A DNA stretch of 63,738 nt, counting the filler, from Hyphochytrium catenoides (taxonomy: Eukaryota; Protista; Hyphochytriomycota), in assembly GCA_900088475.1 (NCBI GenBank). It is 5 parts of 5 records of this genome, joined end to end, with 100 filler letters (N's around TTAATTAATTAA, not from the genome) between each part and the next. Parts side by side here need not be neighbours in the genome. Positions count along the whole stretch, not along the records: positions 45,048 to 56,362 come from FLMG01004067.1; positions 56,463 to 61,321 come from FLMG01001222.1; 3 more parts are not named here. One strand, given 5' to 3'. Shown here piece after piece: positions 51,235 to 61,421 of this stretch. Position 1 is the stretch's first letter; each line of letters opens with the position of its first letter. The notes beneath the pieces were generated by a model, which was not told the origin of the DNA, made no database searches, and saw only the letters and a program-made list of their open reading frames with translations. Position numbers and translations under genes: made by a program.

Positions 51235-52567
51235 ATGGACATTGAGTCAAGAAGAACAGCAGAAGAAGAGGACAACCATTTAGCGGAAGCCGGCCAACCA
51301 CAACAAGCACAGCAATTTGATGCTGCTGTTGCCGGTGCCGCACAACCGGCGGTGGTCTTTTTTGGGAAGGGACGTGACCACATAATTGGTAAGCTAATTT
51401 TATTTTCATCGGTAAGCTTCTTGTTCTTCTTCTTCTCTCACCAGAGTAATAATTCTCGCAATCGCTTTCAACGACACTTCTCCCGTCGTCTACTCCTTCT
51501 TCCCTTCTCTCCATTAAATCACGCAACGCGTCATCCCTGATATCACAGAATCTCCTTTCCTCAAAGCCCTTGGTTTGATGATCAACAAAGAGGTACGCGT
51601 AGCGATCTGTGTTCGATGCAGCCTCGCTCTTGCCCTTGATGACAGCATTCACAACCACCTCTTACGCTATCATCGAGACCACTTTGGAACTTACAAGAAG
51701 AGAGAGTTGGCTCACGAGATGGAAAGAGTTGGCTTCCCCCTCATAAAAGGTTCTGACCGTGCGTGGTGGACCGACTGTACGCGAAAACATACACATCCCA
51801 CCAAGGAGCATTTACCCTACGTACAAGGGCTTCCTATCATTGGAAACGGCTTTAGTTGTTTCCTCTGTTTGGTAGGACAAGGACCAACGGAGGCATACTA
51901 TTGTGCAAAAGAGAAGACTATACGCAAGCACTTTTCGTTCGCTCACAAGTCGATATCTCCCAAATTTTACAGGGTGCCTGTTCAATATCTCTTCAGCCGC
52001 TGCGTCAAATACTTCGGTGTCATTCTCGATGATGGCTGCTCTGACCTTAACTGCGCTCAAGCGAGCAAAGTCAAGCGGATGCCCATTGATAACGGCGAAA
52101 GATCAGCCTCCTTTGCGATCTGCTCCGAGTATAGGCGGCCTTCTAATTACGGGGTCGTTCCTGCATCAACGGATATAGAAGATAAAGTGTCACCTCACAG
52201 AATAGTACAAGCAGAAGTTGCAAAAGCGAAGGAGACAAAAGTAGAAGAGAGCGGCGGCTGCCTGACGGAGAAGAAAAGATCAAGCATCTTCCCGACAGAA
52301 GCAATACCAAAGAAGACGTGTGGCATGATACAGAGCCGCACTCGGCAAGATACAGTCGGCGGCTTTCTGGGGAAAAGCAGCACGCGCATTAGCAGGAGGC
52401 TTCAAAGCACCGAAAGACGATTACTCTTGCCCTGCTCCCGTCTTAGGGGAATTCAAAAGGTGCACGAAGAAGAGACGTACCTATCGCATTACTTTGAGAG
52501 GCTTCATGAGCTTAAGAAGATCGAGGTGTGTTCTGAAGCATGGCTTCAAACAGTTCAGCGGCCTTAG
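51235..52567 (+). CDS. OrsD/DUF3505-like zinc-finger domain protein, 2 exons
   Basis: Exon 51235-51388, intron 51389-51548 (GTAAG...CAG), joined in frame to LGLMINKEVRVAICVRC...IHNHLLRYH...PYVQGLPI..GFSCFLC...IRKHFSFAH...VPVQYLF...KYFGV. This matches the DUF3505 pattern (CxxC...H...H twice, then Q-x-x-F...YFxV). Confidence 0.65.
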
Positions 52568-52879
52568 AGGGTCCCCAAGTGTACATCATTCTTCTCAATT
52601 GAAAAAATCGAGAGAGCAAAAGTAATTGATGCTCCACAAAGCATGCACATTCGAGGATAGCTCGTTAGTCCTGGCGACGACCCGTCGTAAGGCAGTCATT
52701 ATTAGTCACTTAAGGCTGTGGGGCTGCAATTTGCCGCGTTAGTTCATAGTCTTTATTTGGAGGAGCTATGCCGCGTGACCTTGACTGTGTGCAGTAACGG
52801 CTTTTGAAGCCTCAATGTGATCGCTCTTCGCTTGATGCTTTCTCGGCATTTCGGATCATGCCAGGCAAATAAGGTTTGC

Positions 52880-53990
52880 ATGTGGTGGCACGTCGACTGG
52901 CACAAAGACTAACAGGTCTTATCTACCCTGACGATTCTGATGGCAACTTAGCTGGCACCTACTAGGCTTTCACCTAACTTGGTTGGTGAATAACAATGTC
53001 ACCTAGGCCGGCAGCAAGGCTCGCACTATGTTTACGCCTAAGGCTGGGACTTAGAATGGCCCCAGGAATAGCACCTTTTGGATGAAACCTAGGCGTACCT
53101 CGGGCCCCCTTGTCCCTGCCATTGGGGTGGCAACGAAGGCTAAAAGTTAAGCTGGCAACATGGGTAACGAGTAACGCTCGAGCTCAGGGTGGCAGGTGGC
53201 ACGTACGCTGCTCACGATCGGGTTAAGTTTAATGACCTAAAGTAATGTATATGTGTGATTCGTTAGGCTGACCCTAGACTGATACCAATGCTACTCCTGC
53301 TTTGACTCCATCCGCCAAAGTTAGTACCTAGGTTGGCACCCATTCAGGCACCTACTACGCTGCCACCTAAAACTGGCGCATAAGGCTGGCACCAAGGTTG
53401 CTGGGATCAAAATTGGCACCACGACCGCACCTAGTAGCCTGGCACTTGAGGTTGACGCCAGGCGGGTACTCTCTAGGTTGTTACTACCTAGGCTTGCCCC
53501 TATCTGGAAGCTAGGGCGGCACCTACGTCTCCTGACCCTAACCCTAACCTCGCATCAAGGCTGCACCGCAGAGCTGGTATCTAGGCGGTGCCTGAGGTCT
53601 GCTTAAAGAGAATTCCCGATCTAAGTCTCCTAACCCTAACCCTAACCTCGTATCAAGGCTGCACCCCAGAGCTGGTATGTAGGCGGCACGAGGTCTGCAT
53701 GAAGACAATTCCCGAAGCTGGTATCATCAGGGCCGGCAAGTAGCTGGTACCTACTAGGTGCTGCCTCATCTGAGGCCTCTGGTAGGCTAAAAGCTAGGGG
53801 GTGGGACCTGTGACTCGCATCAAGGGGCGCTTCTTAGAGCTAATATTATCTAGGCCGGCTCCTAAGGCTGGTATCAGGCTCCTGCTAAGTGGCATCTAGG
53901 TGGCAGAGTGAACCTGGCTCCTAGCGAAGCACCTAGACTGACATCTGTCGCTGGCACCACTACTGGCTATCTGTACTTATGGTGGCACGT
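52880..53990. repeat. Degenerate ~12-bp satellite (consensus about AGGCTGGCACCT)
   Basis: Dense recurrence of GCTGGCACC, GCTGGTATC and CCTAGGC variants. Confidence 0.6.
53527..53715. repeat. 98-bp-period direct repeat carrying telomere-type (CCCTAA)n
   Basis: Copies at 53527-53619 and 53625-53715 begin GTCTCCT(G/A)ACCCTAACCCTAACCTCG. A degenerate third copy starts at about 53814. Confidence 0.85.
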
Positions 53991-55199
53991 AGACCTATAT
54001 GAAAGACTACGATGTAGTCCCCAATTTGCCTCTCTCCTCCTCTTGCCCTCTCCAGGTAATATTACCCCTCTTATTGTGTTCACTCTTGCTTCAGTGGCTA
54101 GGACAACTCTTTGTCTCGCCTTAATTCCCGCATGCTTTCTGTCTTGTACTAGCCTACTCGATCCCTTCCGTCTTTCCTTGAACCCTGGTCGCCGTTTAGA
54201 TAGATTCACTAACTTCCTATTCGCCACAGCTTTCCTTTATGCCCGCCTTATCCAATCTCTCTCCCGCTCAATCACTCTTCATTTTTCTCTTATTGTTTTC
54301 TCTTTCTCTCTCTCTGTGCCTCTCTGTCCTCTCTCTGTCTCTCTGTGTCTCCCTCTCTGTCTCTCTTTGTCTCTCTTTGTCTCTCTCTGTCTCTCTCTGT
54401 CTCTCTCTGTCTCTCTCTGTCTCTCTCTGTGTCTCTCTGTGTCTCTCTGTCTCTCTCTGTCTCTCTCTGCTCTCTCTGTGTCTCTCTGTCTCTCTGTCTC
54501 TCTTTGTCTCTCTCTCTCCCTCTCTCGCCATATACATACCTGTGTACATGACGTAGCGTTTCGCTTCTTTTAACCATGTTCATTTCCACTTCTTGCTCTA
54601 AGAAGCGTCCCCTCTCTTCCTTCAATCAGCTAGCCTCCCAATGTGGACCGATTGTCAGCACTCCTATCTTATCTCAGCGGTTTGCAGCTGCTTCGATACA
54701 GCAGCCTTTCTGTCTTCTCTTCTCCAATGTATAGATTCTTAGTGCTAGGCCTTAGCATTCCTTTGTCCCCTTCACTTCTGAATTAGCCCAACTCTCGGTC
54801 TCATGCTGCAATCTCCATCTTCACGAGTCAAGTTCGTTCTCTGACTAGCTTTACATTGACGATCAAGATTTTTGTAGAAGAATTCATGGACAGATTCAAG
54901 GACTGACGAACGAGGTCAGCAAACAGAAACCTCCGCAAATAGGAACCTTCTGCAACCAGAAAAGCTGAGGGGTAGGAAAGCGGTAGTAACTACAAGATGA
55001 AGGATCAGGGGATAATAGTGACGTCGTGGCTAAGGGCACGGAAGGAGCAGCTCTGCTCTTCTTCCGGAGTTATGGGCTGATATGAGGGTGTTTCGATGGG
55101 CATATTACGTATCTTCTCGTGGTCGTAGCGAGCTACCCTTCGTCCCAAGGTATTACTTTCTTTCCTTCGGCTTCTTCTAGGGGAGACTGACCTCTATAG

Positions 55200-56362
55200 T
55201 TTGGGATCCAACGGCAATACTTGGGGGTTGCACGAGGCTCTGATATATATTGAAGGTGCCGAGGCCTTTCGCCTTCGCAGTGTGACAGAAGTAGGAGGCT
55301 CTGGCCCCCCAGAAGCCTGTTATCTAGCTAGTTTATCCTCAAAGTGCCTCTATTCTACGACAAATTCTACACCTAATCTCCATGCTGCAATGGGAGGGAG
55401 GGTGGTGCAAAGAAGTGCTTTGAGGCACCAGCAGGCAGCAGGGGCCTGCTAACTGACTGCCCTGAGCNNNNNNNNNNNNNNNNNNNNNNNNNNNNNNNNN
55501 NNNNNNNNNNNGATATATATTGAAGGTGCCGAGGCCTTTCGCCTTCGCAGTGTGACAGAAGTAGGAGGCTCTGGCCCCACAAGTTGTTCGTCGTAGATAG
55601 GGGAGAGAGTATTGGCCCTTATTGGAGCCTACGTGCGATGTCGCCCACCATTGTTGCTGCTGTATCTTTGGTACGCGTCTGAGCGCCATCTTCCTAAAAA
55701 CTTGATCGTCAGGTCTCCTGCATTGCCGTTCATCAGTGCAGTCGCTCCTCCGACCCTCAAGGAGTGTGTAGAGAACCCTTCGGCTGGGAGACCGTGAGAT
55801 GCCGCCGCTTGCTTCACAAGGTTGGCCACGTCCTCTGCGGATACCTTGACCGTGCCTAGTCCCCTTGCTACCTCCTGGTCCGCCTTGCTTCCCCACGCCG
55901 AGTGCAGGGACAGAAGCAGTTTGCCAGCTACTACTGGGCATACTAAAGGATGGCCTGACTTGCCTAAACGCCGGTGTGAACCTCTGCCTACCTGGTCGTT
56001 CTTAGCTCCCCTGAGGTCGATTGAGACCGCCTCCGCTCGTTTTGACGGGCTGCACCGCTGACCCTTGGCGTCCCATAATCGTAGGTCTTGTACCTTTAGG
56101 GCGAAGCCGTGAATCCTCCCATCTACGAAACAGTACTCGGACCGCCGAGCAAGAAGAAGTAGGCTAGTATAGTGAGGCCCCACAGGAGTTGGTGTCGAAG
56201 AAGGGACCACGATAGAGAATGAGAGAGAGAAAGTAACATGGCAGCCGTCACAGGCTGCTTCCGTTTAGAGGGGGCTGTGTCCTTAGAGAGGCTTTACTGG
56301 AGCAGGTGGAAGCCCGAGCTGAGTTCGGGTGAGCGCCCGAGGTAAAAGCGATGCACCCAGAG
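55200..56362 (-). mobile_element. 3' half of an Ngaro-type YR retrotransposon with split direct repeat
   Basis: YR: RRSEYC...GAKNDQ...CPV...STHSLRVGGATAL...GRWRSDAYQRY. An identical 67-bp repeat at 55512-55578 and 55242-55308 lies downstream of the YR. Confidence 0.88.
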
Positions 56363-56462
56363 NNNNNNNNNNNNNNNNNNNNNNNNNNNNNNNNNNNNNN
56401 NNNNNNTTAATTAATTAANNNNNNNNNNNNNNNNNNNNNNNNNNNNNNNNNNNNNNNNNNNN
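56363..56462. other. Artificial contig linker
   Basis: N44-TTAATTAATTAA-N44. Confidence 0.95.
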
Positions 56463-56877
56463 GATGGACTGGTTCTGGTCAGAGCGGCGGTGCAGGGTTT
56501 GCGCAAGCATGAACTGAAGACCTTCATCCACGTAAAGGCTGTGCTCTCTCTCTCTCTCTTTCTTTTTCTTTCTCTCTCTCTCTCTCTTTCCTTGTCTCTG
56601 TCTGTTTCTGGCCCTCTCTCCGCTCGACCCAAATCAGTCATAATTGTCTCTATCTCTCCCTCTCCCTGTCTTTCTGTCTCTCTCTCTTTTCTCTCCCCTT
56701 TTTCTCCTTTTCCGGACTTCTGAACGTTCTCTCTCGATTTCGATCCTTCCTTGGGCTCTTCTCAGGAACTTTCGGCTCTCGCAGCTGCCTGCTCGGCCCT
56801 AGAGAGCCCTGAAGTCCAAGAGATGCTGACAGCGATGATAGTGGAAATAATAGGTTAGCCAAAATACTCTCTCTCTG

Positions 56878-56930
<53 letters not shown>

Positions 56931-57474
56931 CTCTTACTTCTCAACAGCTTCCTCCGTCTCTGTCTTTGTGCATCTAGCACTCTCTCGCTCTGTTTCTCTC
57001 TCTCTCTCTCTCTTTCTTGGCAACTACGTTCTATATTTCTCCTCTCCCCATTTATCTCTTTCTTCTTGGGGTCTGTGTAATCTACCTGCTGTCAAGGCAA
57101 GGCCTCCTTTTCTTTCTCCCTTTCCTCTGTCTGACTCCACTTCAAGTCTCCTTCTCTCCTTAACTTTCTCTCTCCTCTCCTTCTCTCCCTTTAACTTTCT
57201 CCTCTCCGCCTCCTTTACGTCTCTCTCTTCCTCTCTGTTTCTGGCTTTCTGGTCTCAATTCCTGTTCTCTCTCTCTCTGTTCTTCTCCCTTTCTTCCTCT
57301 ATTCTCTCCCGTCTAATCAGTTCCTGACCGCTTTTGAAATGGACCTATCTCCTTTTTCTTAGAGCGCGGTGGCGAGCTCTGTGTGGACGGAGAAGTGCTA
57401 GTGAACCTCCATCAGGCGCTATTGCAAGTGATGGGCTCCTCCTCCTCTCCTATTATATCCGATGCGGTAAGGAA

Positions 57475-57511
<37 letters not shown>

Positions 57512-58665
57512 CTCTCTCTCTTTGTCCCTCTCTTCATCCCTTTCATAGATGCTAAGCTCATATATAGTCACCCCGCTCTCAATTCATTTCTCTCTCTCGT
57601 TTTGTTTTCTATTTCTTGCTGTCTGTATATTAGACTCTTGGTAAGGTCTCGGGAGAAATTTTCTCTTTCACTTTCTCTTTTCTTTTGTCTCTCTCCTGCT
57701 TTCCCCTCTCTTCTCTCCTCTCAGTCTCTCTGCTGGCCTTTCCTCCTGGGTCTCTCTACAGATTGTACAGTCAGTCATTGGAAGGCTTGGAGAAGCTTGT
57801 GGCCTGTCTGTGAAGGTAATATAGCCCATTTGGTTCTCCCTTGGTTCTACTCTCGCTCAGTGTTTCTCTCTCTCTCTTATCCGTTCTCTCCTCTTGCCCT
57901 AAGTCCCTCTATCTCTCTTCAACATCATTTCAGCTTCGTAGTCCTTTTAGCGCTCTGTCTCGGCTCACCTTTCTTCTCTCGCTTCTCTTTCTCTCCTCTC
58001 TGTTCACCTTCTGCTAGGTAATGGCATCGCGGACTCTCTCCCCTTCGTTTTTCTTTGGATTCTCATCTCCTCAAATCCCTTCTTTCTCTCTATTCTACCC
58101 TGATAATATACCTACCTATCCTTATTTGTTTCTCTCTCCCGTCCCTTGCTCCTTTCCTCTTGTCTCTCTCTCTCTGTTTTTTTCGTTTTTGGTGCCTCTC
58201 TGTCTCTGTGCTCTCCCCTCTCCTTCTCTTTGTCTCTCTCTCCTTCTCTTTGTCTCTCTCTCTTTCTTTCTATCGCTCTCTCCTCCATTAACATTCTACC
58301 TCTCTTTTCCTCTTTCCTCTCTTTATCTATCTTTGTGTTTGTCTCTCTCTCTCTTTCTAACTCTCTCTCTCTCTATCCCTCTCACTTTAATATTCTTTCT
58401 ATCTTCAGGAGCTATATTCTCGCACTGTCCCGCAACTCCTAGTCAGACTGCAGCCTCCTCAAGTGTATGAAGGAAGCTGCTGGGAGAGAAGAGACCTCAA
58501 AAGGATCCTCTTCGACACTCTTTGCAGACAAGGAAAGGAGGTGAAGAGAAACCAGATCCACCCTCTCTCCCTCTATTTCTGTGTCTTCATCTGCCTTCTT
58601 TCATCTATTCTCTCTTTCTCCGTCGTCTGTCTCTCTCTTCTTTCTCTCTCTCTCTGTCCGTCTCT

Positions 58666-58721
<56 letters not shown>

Positions 58722-59363
58722 TCTTTCTTTCTCTCTCTCTTTCTCTTTCTCTTCTTGCTCCTCCTCCCTCTCTTTGTTTTCGTTTAGGAATGTCCACGGA
58801 GCTTATCTACCGGAGCACTTTTCTAACTTCATTCTCTCTCTTCTCAAAATAAACTCTATCCCATGCAGTCTCTCTCTCCTTCTCTCTCGATGATTGTCCC
58901 TTGTCTCCTCTGCCACCTTGCGCCGGGGAGAGAACCCGAGCTTCGTCTCTCCTTCCTAACGCTCCTGGAAACGTTGCTAGAAGATCGAGAACTTGTGCAG
59001 GTTCACTCTCTTTTCCTCTTCTTGCGTCTCTCCTCTTATGAGTGTCTTTGGCTTCTCTCTCTCTCTCTCACCCCCTCTCTCCCTCTTTCTCTCTCTCTCA
59101 CACTCTCTCTCTTTTTCTCTCTTTCTCTGTCTCTGTCTCTGTCTCTCTTTCTTTCTCTGTCTAGCTGGCGGCCAGCTTTCTCACTTCTTCAAATCGTCAA
59201 AGAAGTTCTCTCTCCTCTTGACTTTTACTAATCTTTCGTCCAGTAGCTCAGTCTTTACTGGTCTCGTCTCAATCTCTCTTTCCTTTTAATGATTCTCTTC
59301 CTCTCCTTCACTTTTGTTCCTTCGCCCTCCTCCCTCTGTCCATCAGCCTCCGTCTCTCCCTCA

Positions 59364-59408
<45 letters not shown>

Positions 59409-60321
59409 CTCTTCGCTCTCTCTCTCTCTCTCTCTCTCTCTCCAGCTCTGTGTCCCTCCCCAATTCTCTTCATTCCCTAACATTCAACTCTGGTGTCTCT
59501 CTCTTAGAGCTTCAAGCCTTTTGCTTCGGCGATCATTCTCAAGGGAATTCTGCCCAATATTGTCTGGCAAGCCGGAAGGGTCCCCGCCACCATCCGGTCC
59601 GTCTCTCTCACTCTTCCTCTGTCTCTCCCTCTATTCTGTCCCTCCTTTCTTTGTCTCCTTTCACTAGTATACGTGTTCTTCGCCCCTCTTCTCTCTCTTT
59701 CTGTGGGTTCCCTCCTCTTTTGCTTTCCTTCGCAGTCTCTCTTTCATTTACTCCCAGTTTATCTCTAACGCCCTCAATCTCTCACTGGGCTCTTTCTTCT
59801 CTCTCTCTCTCTCTCTCCTTCCTCTCTCTCTCTTCTCTTTTCTTTGTCTCTGCCTGTCTGTCTGTCTGTCTGTGTCCCCCCTCCCCCTTCTTTTCTTCCT
59901 TTCTCTCCCATCTCCCCTCTCTCCCCTCTCTCTGTTCCTCTTCCACCTTTGTTCTCTCCCTTTTCCTCTCTCTTCCTCTCTCTTGTTCTTCTGTTCGGTG
60001 TCACATTTCTGCAGCAAAGTGGCTATGGTGGCTCTCTATGTTCTGTACAGAGAAGGAGTGGCGGAAAAGGCTTGTTTATATGAGACAACACCGCAGGTTA
60101 GTAACTTTCCACCCTTCTTAGATACTCTCTCTCTCTCTCTCTTTCTTTCTCTCTCTTTTTTTCTTCCTTCTCTTGTCGCTATAGCGCATGGTTCTTGCTT
60201 GTCTCTCTCCGATTTGTCAGTCCACTTATGTTAGGTTGAAAGAAATGCTTCCTCTCCCTCCTCATCGCAGTCTACCGGTGTGCTCTTTGTCTCGCTGTCT
60301 CTGAGTGTACTTACCACTCAT

Positions 60322-60365
<44 letters not shown>

Positions 60366-61296
60366 GTCTCTCCCCCTCCCTCTTTCTCTTTCTCTATCTC
60401 TTTGTTTGTCTCTCTATCTCTCCTCATCACTCTCTCGGGATCCTGAAAGGTCCTCCCCGTGCTGAAGTCTTCTCTCGATGATGGAGATGAAAAGACCAGA
60501 CATCTTGTCTCTCTCGCTCTCCAGTTCTTATTTGTTGCACTTCCGGGCTCGCTAGGAGGTAATCTCTCTCTCTCTCTGTCTGTCTGTCTCTCTCTGTCTC
60601 TCTGTCTCTCTCTCTGTCTCTCTCTCTCTGTCTGTCTCCTCTCTCTTTTTTGCTGTCTGCCTACGTTGTCCCTTATAGTACCTTTAATATCCCTCTACAT
60701 AGTGCTCTCTCTTCCCTTACCTACTTCTGTCTCTCACTATATCTATGTATACCGTTCCTGACCTCCCTGTACAAGTGTCGTTAGAATATGAAGCGTTTCT
60801 CTCTCTCTCTCTCTCTCTCTCTGTCTCCTCTCTCTCTTCACAGTTGTCTCTCTTTCCATCTTCCTCTTCCTTCGTTCTCACTCTTCCCGTCCTCTCTCTC
60901 TCTCTCTTTCTGGTGATGTTAGAGGAGCCTGTCCGTCAGCTATATCCTGAGCTGTTGAAGCGTCTGGATGACAGCAATGAAGCGGTCAGGAGAGAGATCT
61001 GCCGTACTCTCTCCGCCTTTTTGAAAGCCGCGCCGGCGCAACACTTTAGAGGTAAGAGAGAGAGAGACAGAGAGACTTTATGTCCTTATCCCACCCTACG
61101 GAGAGAGAGAGAGAATGATAGTGAGAGAGAGGAGCAGAGAGAGAGAGAGAGAGACAGGAGAGATAGATATGGAAGACGCTGTTGTAGCGTCTAACGATCT
61201 CTCTTTTCTACATTTCCTGCACCTCAGGCACAATCATTCAATACACAGTGGACTGTCTCCTCATCCATTTAGACGACCCGGAGGAGAGTATGCAGG
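56463..61296 (+). CDS. DNAAF5: Dynein axonemal assembly factor 5 (HEATR2), partial, multi-exon
   Basis: Exons give EPELRLSFLTLL, ILPNIVWQAGRVPATIR|KVAM, LKSSLDD..EKTR, LYPELLKRLDDSNEAVR and LLIHLDDPEESMQ, the characteristic C-terminal HEAT repeats of DNAAF5. Confidence 0.85.
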
Positions 61297-61321
61297 TACG
61301 TAGCGCTTCTCTCTCTCTCTC

Positions 61322-61421
61322 NNNNNNNNNNNNNNNNNNNNNNNNNNNNNNNNNNNNNNNNNNNNTTAATTAATTAANNNNNNNNNNNNNNNNNNNNNNN
61401 NNNNNNNNNNNNNNNNNNNNN
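61322..61421. other. Artificial contig linker
   Basis: N44-TTAATTAATTAA-N44. Confidence 0.95.

Noticed and set aside
1-61321. Hundreds of SLSLSL/ERERER ORFs in the track
   Set aside because: Translations of (CT)n/(AG)n microsatellites, mostly intronic.
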